Shown piece after piece: positions 14,040 through 28,274 of a stretch of 64,000 bases of DNA. The stretch covers positions 31,000,001 to 31,064,000 of the forward strand of contig OZ024757.1 of the NCBI GenBank assembly GCA_964016885.1, in the 5' to 3' direction. Below the pieces are notes generated by a model. That model saw only the letters and a program-made list of their open reading frames with translations, searched no databases and had not been told where the DNA came from. The position numbers were made by a program, and so were the translations under genes. How positions within the stretch are numbered: the stretch's first letter is position 1; each line of letters begins with the position of its first letter. This stretch comes from Eledone cirrhosa (Eukaryota).

Positions 14040-14322
14040 AAGTATTTTCAAAGAAAAAAGCAAAGGAAAAAAGAGTGCTCTATGTATAGAACAGAGCTAT
14101 TTAATTAGAAAGTAAACAACACAATATAACTACCCCATTACCAAAGGTTTCAGGACCCTCGACAATATTAATATATGTCTAAATCGTTCATCAGAAATTG
14201 CATATTTTCGATTCCTAACCTCTCTGCCTGGTCTGATGAACGATCTAGATGCATATTAATATTGTTTAATTCTGAAACCTTTGGTAATGGAATAGTTATA
14301 TTGTGTTGTTCACTTTCTAACT
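14040..14322 (-). mobile_element. Diverged fold-back with hammerhead-like core in both arms
   Basis: CTGATGAACGAT...GAAACCTTTGGTA on both strands; unpaired tail lies on the left. Confidence 0.6.
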
Positions 14323-14443
14323 GTATATATATATATACAAAGGTTATATTTAATTTGTTGGAATTCAACAAACTTAAAAGTTTTATAACTGTTATAAAGC
14401 ACTCAACAGATTAGTGGAGTAAATATTCATTATATTAATTTTG

Positions 14444-14509
14444 TATTTTATCTGATGAAAGCGCACCAAAATTTGCCTTGGTTGCTCTTGAAATATATAT
14501 AATAAAATA
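14444..14509 (+). ncRNA. Minimal type I hammerhead
   Basis: TATTTTAT CTGATGA AAGCGCACCAA-loop-TTGGTTGCTCTT GAAA TATATA TA ATAAAATA. Perfect 8-bp helix I and palindromic helix III. Confidence 0.7.
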
Positions 14510-14548
14510 ATTATGGTTTTATAAATATAGTTTCCATTTATTAATATA

Positions 14549-14591
<43 letters not shown>

Positions 14592-14592
<1 letters not shown>

Positions 14593-14779
14593 GAAAAAGT
14601 TTAACCCCGACGGCAGAGCTCAAGCCGTTTCGACGGCTATTTCCGTCCAGAAATAGCCGTCGAAACGCCTTGAGCTCTGCCGTCGGGGTTAAACCTTTTC
14701 CTATTACCCACTCTACTACCCTAAGTATTGAGTACTCTGGTGCGTTATGGTCCATCTGGTTCCTTACCACACTTCCTTC

Positions 14780-14783
<4 letters not shown>
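14592..14783 (+). mobile_element. Family B fold-back element
   Basis: Arms about 14592-14643 and 14650-14701, same tail as 12121-12200. Confidence 0.85.
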
Positions 14784-14824
<41 letters not shown>

Positions 14825-14845
14825 AGATTTCCGAGTTAGAAGTGA

Positions 14846-14892
14846 CTTCTACAGGACTAGAACTGTTTCATTCATATGAAATCATCAGGAAT
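14846..14892 (-). ncRNA. Family A hammerhead copy
   Basis: ATTC CTGATGA T TTC-ATAT-GAA T GAAA CAG-TTCTAGTC-CTG TA GAAG. Confidence 0.7.
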
Positions 14893-15079
14893 GATATATC
14901 ATCATCATCATATCATTTAATGTCCGTTTTCACTAGTAGCAAGGGTTGGATGGGTTTTCACAGACATAACAATATACAGAATTTGCTGGCCTATTGGACC
15001 CCCCTTCGTATAAGACGCTTTTTTAATTATATTTTATGTTATATTTTATGTTTATAAGCATTTTTATGGACCAAACAAA

Positions 15080-17055
15080 GACAGACACACACACACACAT
15101 ATATACATTGACACACATATATACACATGCATATACACACATATACATACATACAGACACACACATACATTGACACACATATACACACAGACACACACAC
15201 ACACATATATACATTGACACACATATATACACATGCATATACACATATACATACATACAGACACACACATACATTGACACACATATACACACAGACACAC
15301 ACACAGACATACACACACATACACACTCACATACATTGACACACATATACACACTGACACACACACATACACACTGACACACACTCATACATTGACACAC
15401 ATACACAGACAGACAGACAAACATACAGTTCCCTACACATAGACACACACACATGCACATGCACAGACATACATACAAACACACACAGAGGCACATACAC
15501 ACACATCGATTGACACATATACACACACATACACATGCACATACATACAAATACACACATTGACACATATACACACATACACATGCATATGCAACATACA
15601 TACAAACACACACATACACACATCCATTGACACATATACACACATACACAGGCACATACATACATACAAACACACACCCATACACACATCCATTGACACA
15701 TACACACACATACACATACACATACACACAAACACATACACATACATCCATTGACACACATACACACACCCACATTCATATGCACATACATACATACAAA
15801 CACACCCATACACACATCCATTGACACATACACACATACACATACGTATGCACATACATACATACAAACACACACCCATACACACAGGCACATACATACA
15901 TACAAACACACATATATACATACATACATTGACACATATACACACATACACATGCACATACATACATACATACAAACACACACCCATACACACACATCCA
16001 TTGACACATATACACACACACACATACACACACACACATACACATACACAGACATACGCACATATGCACATACATACAAACACACACCCATACACACACA
16101 TCCATTGACACATATACACACACACATACACATACACAGACATACGCACATATGCACATACATACAAACACACACCCATACACACACATCCATTGACACA
16201 TAGACACACACACATATATGCACATACATACAAACAAACACACACATACACACATCCATTGACACATACACACATACACATACACATCTGCGCATACATA
16301 CAAACACACACATCCATTGACACATATACACATACACATCTGCGCATACATACAAACACACACACACACACACACATCCATTGACACATACACACATACA
16401 CACACATATGCACATACATACATACAAACACACACATACACACATACATTGACACATATACACACACCTACACACACACACTAACACACACAGACACATA
16501 ATAGACTTATTTAAAGAGGTAGCACACACACACATACACATACAGACATACGCACATATGCACATACATACAAACACACACCCATACACACACATCCATT
16601 GACACATACACACATACACACACACATATGCACATACATACAAACACACATACACACATCCATTGACACATACACACATACACATACACATGCACATACA
16701 TACATACAAACACACACCCATGCACACATCCATTGACACATATACACACACCTACACACACACACTAACATACACACAGATTGACACGTATACACACACA
16801 TACACACACCTACACACACACACACTAACACACACAGACACACATACACACATAGAGTGACACATATACACACACATACACACACCTACACACACACACA
16901 CTAACACACACAGACACACATACACAGACACATATACACACACATACACACACCTACACACACACACTAACACACACAGACACACATACACACATAGATT
17001 GACACACAGACACACACACCTAAACACACACACACTAACACACACAGACACATAA
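15080..17055. repeat. Compound CA-rich minisatellite (CCATTGACAC anchor)
   Basis: Anchor motif recurs many times with variable CA/TA spacers. Confidence 0.9.
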
Positions 17056-17252
17056 TAGGCTTATTTAAAGAGGTAGCACGGATAATTTACCAATTTTCGG
17101 TTCAGTGAATCATGAGAGAATCTTTTACTTCAAGTCTGGTTTATTTGAATATTGGAGACTGGAACAACACTTGTGACAACATTATAATTTCTTATTGATA
17201 TTACATATGTATCTGTATGTCTATATATAAATTACATATGTATATACATATG

Positions 17253-17287
<35 letters not shown>

Positions 17288-17299
17288 GTTATATATATG

Positions 17300-17391
<92 letters not shown>

Positions 17392-17481
17392 GAATATATA
17401 TATACATATATATATATAAGAATCTTGCTAAACAAATTCAGAAACGAAATATATATATATAAATATATATACATATACAAA

Positions 17482-17592
<111 letters not shown>

Positions 17593-17595
17593 GTA

Positions 17596-17628
<33 letters not shown>

Positions 17629-17887
17629 TGTCCACTTAGACTTAGTGTATATGTATGTATGTGTGTAAATATATATATATATATATTATATAAATATATA
17701 TATTTATATATATATGTATATATACATAAATATTTTATATATATATATATGTATGTATATATACATATATATATGTATATATACATATATACTTTATATA
17801 TATATATGTATGTATATATACATATATACTTTATATATATGTATGTATGTATACATATATATTTTATATATATATATATACATATAC

Positions 17888-17944
<57 letters not shown>

Positions 17945-18058
17945 TATATTTTATATATAAATATATATTTTATATATAAATATATTTTTTATATATGCAT
18001 ATATATATATGTATATTTATATATATGCCTGTATGTATGAGTATATATATGTTTATAT

Positions 18059-18104
<46 letters not shown>

Positions 18105-18286
18105 GCAAGTGGACTTTGTGTGTGTATATATATATATATATGTGTGTGTGTGTATAAATTTAACTGTAAACAAGAAAAGAAAAACTGAGTATTCAATACT
18201 GAAATTAAATTGATAGAATCTATTTGAGGTCACTATTACACAAATCGCTCCTTTGAGTTTTACTTAGAACTTGAAATTATAAATAA

Positions 18287-18385
<99 letters not shown>

Positions 18386-18610
18386 CATACATACATTTAT
18401 AGATGCAACATATATATATGTTGTATATATACATATGCATTTATATAATATACGTATATATATGTATATATATATATATGTATATATATATGTATATATA
18501 CACACACACAAATATATATATATATATATATAAATATACACTTACAAACATATGTATATATGCAACACATACACAGACACACAGACATATATATATATAT
18601 ATGCATACAT

Positions 18611-18681
<71 letters not shown>

Positions 18682-18994
18682 CGCATACATACATTTATAG
18701 ATGCAACATATATATGTTGTATATATACATATGCATTTATATAATATACGTATATATATGTATATATATATATATATGTATATATATATGTATATATACA
18801 CACACACACACACAAATATATATATATATATATAAATATACACTTACAAACATATGTATATATGCAACACATACACACACACACAGACATATATATATAT
18901 ATATGCATACGTACATATATATATATATGTATACATTCATATATATATATATATATGTATACATTCATATATATATATATATATGTATACATTC

Positions 18995-19027
<33 letters not shown>

Positions 19028-19606
19028 TACATACATATATGTATATATATATATATACATACATACATACATACATACATACATACATGCATACATACAT
19101 ACATACATACATACACACACATTAAACATTCAGTCACTATATGGATAATAATTATAATAGAAAGTAGTTATATTATCATACAATATAACTGTTGTTTGAG
19201 ACATGGGAAAGGGGTGGAGGGGGCAGCGATAGTGGGAGTGGGGTTTGATAACCCCATCCCCGTCTTCTCATAGGTTAAGACTGGCCAAGGGTTTGACCCT
19301 GGTTAAAATTGTATTGTATGACAATATCACCCTAATTTGGAACATAGGATTTGTGTGAGATTGTTTGGAGAGCTACTGTGTTGGTTTGATACATCTCCAC
19401 CCTCACCCTCACCCTCATAGGTTATGACAGGCCATGGCTTTGAACTCGGAAATTTTGCTCTCCCATGGGAGCAAGGCCTGAGCAAGGTGTGGGTTTTATG
19501 GCAGACCATTGGTCATTCAAAGATGTTACCCTTTCTTCTTCATGCCATTGTTGTTGTCTAATAGAAACACAATGGCCAATTCAGTTTGGTAACAATGTCA
19601 TCACAA

Positions 19607-19647
<41 letters not shown>

Positions 19648-19650
<3 letters not shown>

Positions 19651-19960
19651 ATCATCATCATTTTACGTCCGCTTTTACCTGCTTGCAAGGGTTGGATGGG
19701 TCCTATTCAGCACAACATCTTTCCACTTGTCACGGTCCTTCGTCATCTCCTCTGTGAGTTTCAGCGATCTGAGGTCTCCTCTCACCACCTTTGCCCATGT
19801 TTTTCGTGGTCTTCCTCTACTGCGTCTTCCTTCTACTGGGATTTCTTGGCACATCTTTACCCAGCGGTCATCCTCCATGGGCATGACCTGTCCATACCAT
19901 CACAACTTATCCCTCTTATACCCAATTTCTCAACTCGTCTATGCTTGGTCGTTCATGCAC
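19648..19960 (-). mobile_element. RTE-clade LINE 3' end
   Basis: Peptide VEGRRSRGRPRKTW...DRDKWK, then a short UTR and (ATG)n tail. Confidence 0.85.
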
Positions 19961-19997
19961 ATTGACACACACACATATCGCATATATATATATATAA

Positions 19998-20190
19998 AAT
20001 AGAGATGGCTTCTACAGGACTACAACCGTTTCATTCGGGAAAAAACATCAGCAAGCTCTGATGATTTCTCCGGAATGAAACAGTTCTAATCCTGTAGAAA
20101 CCATTTATATTTTAAATATTTATACTCTGCTATGTATTGAGTACCTTACTTACTGTGGTTACCCCCGATTGAATCCGGGATAAATTTATA
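19998..20190 (+). mobile_element. Family A fold-back with hammerhead core at 20058-20096
   Basis: CTGATGA T TTC-TCCG-GAA T GAAA CAG..CTG TA; helix I 5' strand lost at the turn; tail GTATTGAGTAC. Confidence 0.8.
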
Positions 20191-20248
20191 TCGGTACAGT
20201 ATATGGAAGGAATATATTAGGTTAACGCTTGAAATAGCAGGAAGAGGG

Positions 20249-20284
20249 TCTTAACGTTTCGGACGCGAGTCCTTCATCAGAAGA
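20249..20284 (-). ncRNA. Minimal hammerhead typical of Penelope-like elements
   Basis: TCTT CTGATGA A GGAC-TCGC-GTCC GAAA CG TT AAGA; helix III reduced to the palindrome AACGTT. Confidence 0.75.
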
Positions 20285-20970
20285 AAGAATGAGAAATAAG
20301 ACAGATTGAAGGGACGGGCGGGGTGGAATTGGAAAAAATGTTTTTAGATAAAAATAACAGGTCCATTTATGTTGACATCTCTTGGAAAATTGTTGATGCT
20401 GGCGTTTCGTGTATGATTTATTCTTTTTAGAAACGTAAGTCATAGAGGACATATATATAATCATAGTCACAGATAAATATATGAGTGTTGGCTACCTTCA
20501 ACGGTGTGGCTTCAATGAGTGAATGGATTAAACAAATAATTATCAATGAGAGCTATATAAAATTATAAGTTTGAAGAATAGTCAAACAAAATTTATCCAA
20601 TTTTTTCTTGTTAGTCCGTAGAAATTAACTAGATAAATAACCAAGAGATTTTTTGGTAACGTTTATCTATTTTCTTCTTCAAACTTACATTTTAGACTTA
20701 GCTCCGTTTAAATGATTATTTGTCTAGTTATTTGCTAAGGACTAAGAGAAAACCTTAGGTACATTTTATCTGACTGTTCTCCATAAAGGAATATCGATAA
20801 CATTTATCTGTTATTTCTTCAAAGTTACATTTTAAACTTAGTTCCGTTTAATTGACTATTTATCTGGTTAATTTCTACGGACTAAGAAGAAAACATTAGA
20901 AAATTTTGTCTGACTAGTCTTCTAACTTATAATTATATATATATATATTCCACAACAGTTAGTTCACCAT

Positions 20971-21037
20971 ACCGAGAACAATTGTTTCATCTTAAGCGGG
21001 TATTCAGCTCGGTCTGAAGATCCGCTTAGGTGAAACA
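20971..21037 (-). ncRNA. Degenerate hammerhead in a short fold-back
   Basis: Minus strand: ACCGAG CTGAATA ... GAAA CAATTG TT CTCGGT (6-bp helix I). The plus arm starts CTGAAGA at 21014. Confidence 0.55.
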
Positions 21038-21100
21038 TTTCAAACTCGTCCCATGGACTGGGTGCTCTACTACTACGGATATAACTCTCCAGTGTTCTAC

Positions 21101-21144
<44 letters not shown>

Positions 21145-21642
21145 ATAATAATAAATAAGAGAGACGGTTTTTTCGCCCACCTTCATTTTATTACATAGTT
21201 CTGTTATACGTATTTCAAAGATGTCAGAGTGGTTATATAATAACTCCCTGGCATGTTTTTATCAGATATTATAAGATGTATTTTGTATTTATTGATATGT
21301 TACTGGTTTCTCGTGGTGTTTTCATCGCTGACCAGTACACATATACCAACTTTTTATCAACTGAATAATATTATATATGTATATGAGTGTGTGTTGAACA
21401 AGGAAAATAAAACAAAAGTCAAAGATAGTTAGTTAATTAGTTCATTGTTTTACGACCATTTAAGAGGGTTGATTGATCGTGAAAGATAGATATATTAACT
21501 ACCAGGAAGCGGTACCTGTATCTCCACTCGAAATCCCGGATCAATCTCACCGCCTTCCTCGGAAACAACGAACTATATATATATATATATATATATATAT
21601 TTTATTACATAGTTCTGTTATACGTATTTCAAAGATATATAT

Positions 21643-21852
21643 ATGGCAGTATCGGTAGAGGGTCGGACACCATGCCTTTGCAGCACAGAGTTACGTCGCT
21701 TTATGATCTGAGTTCAAATCTCGCCGAGGTTAACTTTGCCTTTCATCCTTACGGGGTCGGTAAAATAAAGTACCAGTCACGCACTGGAGTCGATTTAATC
21801 GACTTTCCCCATCTCCAAAATTGCTGGCCTTGTGCCTATATAAGAAACCATT
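21643..21852 (+). mobile_element. SINE family 2, near full length
   Basis: TGGCAGTATCGG A box, GAGTTCAAATC B box, shared body. Confidence 0.85.
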
Positions 21853-21875
21853 ATATCTATATATATATATAAATA

Positions 21876-22070
21876 AATAACAGATTAAAGTTTAAGCAAA
21901 GAATCGCTGCTTTCACCCTTAACGTTAAGGGTGAAAGCAGCCATTCTTTGCTTAAACTTTAATCTGTTATGTTAATAAATATTTGCTCTACGGTTCTTAT
22001 ATATTTGATATATATTTATCCTTATCGAGCCCTCTTTGGATTTTCTCTTCACATTTATTATTATTACTAT
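21876..22070 (+). mobile_element. Near-perfect palindrome plus tail; second copy at 26905-27015
   Basis: Centre CCCTTAACGTTAAGGG; tail has TATCGAGCCC, which recurs at 44687-44730. Confidence 0.8.
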
Positions 22071-22076
22071 ATATAT

Positions 22077-22142
<66 letters not shown>

Positions 22143-22144
<2 letters not shown>

Positions 22145-22807
22145 TGATTTCCCTATGTACGACATGGTATGGCAACACCTCGTTGATGTATATAGGCGCG
22201 TTGATTATGACCTTGCCTGCACGTATATATATGTGTCAACAAGATCGATGGAGTCAGTCGTGAGTTATTGCTGTTTATATACAAACGTGTTTATAATATC
22301 TGTTAAGTTAACGATACAGGAAAATATCGAACTTCGATATACGATCAAATTTTTGTGTGAAACTCAACAAATCTGCCAACGAAACATTTAATTCTTTAAC
22401 ACAAACTTATGGAAATTCCCCTCTGTCGAGAAATAAGAGGCTTAAAGCTTGCAAAGAGGACCGAGATAATGTTGGAGGGCCAATCTCATCAACAACTGTA
22501 CAAAATATGGAAGTGGTACGAACGGTGATGGCGAAAGATTGCCGATTAAGGGTTAGGGTAATTGCAGAAGAAACGGGTTTTGTTAAAAATGCAGTTCACA
22601 GAATGTTAACAGACTTAATACACATACGAAAAATTTGTGCAAAAATAGAGCCCAAACGCTTGTCTGTAGAGCAAAAGGTGAACCGGTCGGAAATTTGTGA
22701 GGATTTGCTAAAAAGACTCGAAATTGAGCCAAATTTCTTGGATGAAGTACTAACAGGAGATGAATCGTGGATGTTAGAGTACGACTCGAAGATAAAACGG
22801 CAAAGTA
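22143..22807 (+). pseudogene. Mariner transposase N-terminal half, frameshifted and truncated
   Basis: IKF..KLNKSANETF, HTH region VRVIAEETG, and LTGDESWMLEYD..KRQS (first catalytic Asp). Confidence 0.9.
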
Positions 22808-23445
22808 CATTTTTTCCAGGAACTACGTTAAAAAGAATAAACCTCATTTGGTCATTCCATGAGAGTATGTCGGTCAGACTATGGACTTTTCTGTCGACCC
22901 TCGTTCATTGCTTCTTTCCAGGAACTATATTGAAAAAACAAACGTCATTTGGTCATTCCATGAGAGTATCTTGGTCAGGCTCATTTGGTCATTCCAGGAG
23001 AGTATCTTGGTCAGGCTCATTTGGTCATTCAATGAGAGTATCTTCGTTGAACTATGAACTTTTCAGCCGGCTCTCACAACATTTTTTTTCCAGAAACTAT
23101 GTTGAAAAAAATAAACCTCATTTGTCATTCCACGAGAGTATCTTGGTCAGACTATGAACTTTTCATCTGACCCTTGTCCATTTTCACCCAGGAACTATAT
23201 TGAAAAGAATAAACCTCATTTGGTCATTCCACGAGAGTATCTTGGTCAGACTATGAACTTTTCATCTGACCCTCATTCATTTTCACCCAGGAACTATATT
23301 GAAAAGAATAAACCTCATTTGGTCATTCCACGAGAGTATCTTGGTCAGACAATGGACTTTTCAGCCGACCCTCGTTCATTGCTTCTGTCCACATTCCATG
23401 AGAGTATCTTGGTCAAACTATGAACTTTCCAGCCGACCCTCTTGT
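22808..23445 (+). repeat. About 100-bp tandem array of a mariner 3' end
   Basis: Unit begins GGAACTATATTGAAAA (NYIEK) and ends GAACTTTTCAGCCGACCCTCGT (TIR-like); about 6 units, some partial. Confidence 0.7.
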
Positions 23446-23711
23446 TATATAGAATCACAGACGAGAAAAGTGTGGTGTAAAGTGCTTACCGTTGCAAATA
23501 TCATTATTAGCAAACGTGAAACGTTATCTTTAATGGGAATTGACGCTCATAAAATATGTATGAAGTTAACAACACACATTGGAGACTGCAGAAGGGGTGG
23601 GTAGGTAATTATTTATAATTATTAGTTTTGCTACGTTTGTGTGTCTGAGTGTGTGTGTCTGAGTATGTATGTGTATCTATATCTGTGTATATATAACACA
23701 CACACATATAC

Positions 23712-23799
<88 letters not shown>

Positions 23800-23871
23800 G
23801 ATGCTATACTTGCTTATGTATATATAAACACGCAAATATATATATATAATATAAGCAAGTATAGCACCATT

Positions 23872-23969
<98 letters not shown>

Positions 23970-23980
23970 TATATATATAT

Positions 23981-24049
<69 letters not shown>

Positions 24050-24079
24050 TATATATATACATATATATACATATATATG

Positions 24080-24160
<81 letters not shown>

Positions 24161-24416
24161 AAGTGTAACAAAGGTTAAAGTGGGGAAACCTCCAGAGATT
24201 TGATAACGGTGAGAAGAGGAGGAAAGGGAAGAGGAGAGTGAAAAGAGGGGTGAGGAGAAGAGAGTGGGGGAGTGGGGGGGGGAGAAAGAGGAGGAGCTAG
24301 GATAGGATTAGGTGTCTTTCCTTTCATCTGCATTTGGAGGTGTTTGCCTCTCGAAGTGGATGTATGTGTGTCTGTTTATATTTACGTATACATGTATATA
24401 TATATGTATGTATGTA

Positions 24417-24507
<91 letters not shown>

Positions 24508-24552
24508 ATATGTATATACATATGTATGTATGTATATATGTATATACATACA

Positions 24553-24960
24553 TGATGACCCCTTAGCCTTTGTCAAGGCAGAATTCTAGGAGAAGGAAAA
24601 CTCTGATATAACACCTGCAAACCTGATGGAATCCAATGATGTTGACTTGTTCTACTTTTTGGTAAATATCATCTCGGTTAAGAGAGTGGGACTGGCTTTG
24701 TGCAGTGCCTTTGCTCACTATAAAAGCTTCACGGCACAGGCCATTGCTTTATATCTGGAGATCTCTCTGCACTTGTTGTCACATTGTACCATGGGCCCAG
24801 CACTGTGTGTCAATAATTGTCACAAATTTAGCGTTTGTACCAGAGTTTTCAAGTCGCTGGCTGGACTAAAAAGTCGCACTCGTTCAGCGCATCGGCAGGG
24901 GTTCTCCTACATGGATATAAAGTAGTGGCCGTACTCGAAAATGAGTTGGCAGCCACCATA
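24553..24960 (+). mobile_element. 5'-truncated copy of bipartite RTE-derived element
   Basis: High identity to 56706-57102. Confidence 0.75.
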
Positions 24961-25020
24961 TATGTATATATGTATATATATATGTATATACATATGTACA
25001 TGTATACACATATGTATGTA

Positions 25021-25067
<47 letters not shown>

Positions 25068-25416
25068 GTATTTATATATGTATATATATATATGTATATA
25101 TATATGTATATATATATATGTGTATATATATATGTATATATATATGTGTATGTATATATATATATATATACATGTATATATATATATATATGTATATATT
25201 TATATATACATGTTTATGTATATATATACATGTATATGTATATATATATACATGTATATGTATATATATACATGTATATGTATATATATATACATGTATC
25301 TGTATATATATATATATACATGTATATGTATATATATATATATACATGTATATGTATATATATATATATATATATACATGTATATGTATATATATATATA
25401 TATATATACATGTATA

Positions 25417-25479
<63 letters not shown>

Positions 25480-25516
25480 GTCTCTGTCTCTCTTTCTCTC
25501 TCTCTATATATATATA

Positions 25517-25589
25517 CAGGGTGTCCCCAAAAATGTATAAACACTTCAACACCATTCTAATATCTGTATACATATTCTGGGGCTCCCTG
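25517..25589. mobile_element. Tiny Tc1/mariner-type MITE (also 31783-31862; right end at 44893-44922)
   Basis: TIR CAGGGTGTCCC..AATGTATA, TA flanks. Confidence 0.75.
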
Positions 25590-25592
25590 TAA

Positions 25593-25623
<31 letters not shown>

Positions 25624-25662
25624 CCTCACTCTCTCCCCCCTCTATCCCTCTCCCCCCCTCTT

Positions 25663-25708
<46 letters not shown>

Positions 25709-25712
<4 letters not shown>

Positions 25713-26050
25713 GCAGGTAAAATTTCCGAGATCCATGGACGAGTTCTCTCCAGCGGTCTCTGCCCCTCATTATCGCTGCCATAACCTGCGTCTCCAACAG
25801 ACCAGTGTCTGTCCTTAGGGCATCAATATATGTCAACCACGGTCTTCATCTTCCAGTGTGTCCATGCAGGGGCTCCCACAAGAACACTGAGTGCAGTATG
25901 AACTCTGGATGTCGGTGAGCATGTCCAGCTAACCTCAGTCTCCTCTGTGCTACCTTTGAGCTGACTTTTGGGAGGCTCCCGTACAGCTCCGAGTTCCTCA
26001 TCCTCAGTGTATACTGATTAATGTTCAGAGCCATCCTCATCATTCTCAGG
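25709..26050 (-). mobile_element. RTE LINE 3' end, same family as 53118-53965
   Basis: RRLRLAGHAHRH...WEPLHGHTGR; near-identical DNA. Confidence 0.9.
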
Positions 26051-26174
26051 TATATATATCATCCTCAGCATTCTTGTATATATATATATTGCTTCTACTT
26101 TTGGCACAAGGCCAGCAATTACCACAGTTCATTACTGGTACTTTATTTTATCGAGCCAGTAAGGACGAAAGCCA

Positions 26175-26899
26175 AAATTAAATATTTTAAATTTTCAATG
26201 CCCTAGGGACCCCATTAGACGAAAAACCGCATATTTTAGGCTTTAAAGGCTTTTATGAGGCCCAACGGAACAATAATCCAGGCGATTTCTTCAAAATTTG
26301 CATTACTTATGTGGTTTAAAATGTTTTGAGCAAAAAAGATTTTCTCCTTTTTTGCCCCAGGACCGCATTAGACGAAAAACCAATTTTTTGAAGCATTTTG
26401 GTTGCGTTAGGGCCTGTAACTCGAGAAGTACCCAACCGATTTTAAAAAGACTTTGCATATGCATTAGTTATGTTTCACAAATTTTCTCGACTGAAAAAGA
26501 TTTCAAATTTTTGCCCGGGACCGCATTGTTTAGTATTTTGGTTGCGCTAGGGCCTGTAACGTTAAAAGTATCCAACTAAATTCCTTCATGCTCTCCACCA
26601 CTGCAGTCCCACATGCTTACTGCTCTGTAACTATTGCTTTCATTGTACCATAGCACAACAAATACATGTTCGGTTTGTCGAATGCCTTTTTACTTAACTC
26701 TATCGTCTTGGCTTTCGTGGGTTGAACATTTTACTTTCAGGCACCCAATTAAGTTAAACTCCTGGTAATCTACGACAAATTATTTAGACACCATCCCTAG
26801 GCCGAGGTATTCCGTACTTCTCTGTACTGTTTCAGAAAGGAGGGATAAACATGCCAATCTATGTTTAGAAGCCCGAGCAACGGCGGGCCATTCTGCTAG
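26175..26899 (+). mobile_element. Non-autonomous Helitron, 3' portion
   Basis: Hairpin GCCCGAGCAACGGCGGGC then CTAG|T at 26896-26900; shares ACTCGAGAAGTAC..ACCGATTTT with 52131. Confidence 0.75.
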
Positions 26900-27082
26900 T
26901 ACATATTAAAATAGCAGATTAAAGTTTAAGCAAAGAATCGCTGCTTTCAACCTTAACGGGATCTTCTGAGATTCAGAAATCCCGTTAAGGGTGAAAACAG
27001 CGATTCTTCGCTTATACTCATACATATAAATGTATGAGTATATACACATACGCGTCAGAATATATATATGTACGCTTCAGAG

Positions 27083-27376
27083 CAGGGGCCTCGTTTACCT
27101 TAAAAATGTGAGGGGGGGGGGACAAACCAACATTTGTTGATTCTTAGAGGAGCATAAATTGCTTATGGTGCCTTTCCCGGACCCTATCACATAAGTAAAA
27201 TTTTACACTAATTAAATTTTATATATTCAAATGAAGTTCAGATATAAAAGAATAAGCTTAAAAAAAATTTATTATATCAAATAAACAAAAAAATAAAATA
27301 TAGACGTTTGAAAAAGTGGCGGGGACTTGTCCCTTGGTATCCCCCCCCCCCCTACCCGCCTGAAACAAGGCCCTTG
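27083..27376. mobile_element. hAT-type MITE
   Basis: TIR CAGGGGCCTCGTTT versus CAAGGGCCTTGTTT; 8-bp TSD CTTCAGAG / CGTCAGAG. Confidence 0.75.
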
Positions 27377-28274
27377 CGTCAGAGTATGGAAAAATATTTC
27401 TAGTACATAAAAACAACACCGATCTGTCACATATTGAATGTTAAACTTTAGTAAAATCTTGCTTAGTTTTACTATGTTTGTCACTTACAGCAAAAAGTTT
27501 AATGAGAAAATGTAGTTAGGAATTTCCTGTTGTTAATTAGTAGTTGTATGCAGCAGCCAGACTTTATAAACATATATAACAAACACTGCGAACTATTTCG
27601 ATAGAAACGCAATTAATGTCAGCCACAGTTGCACACCTAATATTGTGAATATTATAATTTCAAACAAATTTCGAGAAACTAGTGACAACGGCAGCACTAG
27701 GGAGCTCTTAATGTAATTACAAGGCAAAAGAAAAGTGTCCACTTAATAGAGGATGTCTAAGAGAAGTAATTGTCTTCTGAAGTAAAGTTCTATCTCTAGA
27801 GTGGAGAGACTGAAGAAAATTATGGCATAATGAGATTGTGGTAGCGGGGGTGGTGGGCAGAGGGATGGGGGTATGGTAGTGGTGGTGGCGGCGGCGTTGG
27901 AGGGGTGGGGATGGTGATGGGGGTGGGGATGGTGATGGGGGTGGTGGTGGAGGTCGGCTAGGTAAATCTTCAGATTTGTTTATATATCTCTACGTCTTTC
28001 TTCAGATGTAGAAGAAAAGAGAAACTTGTTATCAAACACACACACACACACATGTTTATACATGTATGAATGTGTGTGTATATGTATATATATATACACA
28101 CACATGTATATATATGTATTATATAGTATATACACACACATCAATGTATATAATCAAAGATTATCTATCTATCTATCTATCAGATATATAGATAGATAAT
28201 CTTTGATTATATACATATACATTGATGTGTGTGTATATACTATATAATACATATATATACATGTGTATGTATAT

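Noticed and set aside
27840-27955. G-quadruplex-prone tract
   Set aside because: Degenerate GGT/GGGGT simple repeat with no functional context.
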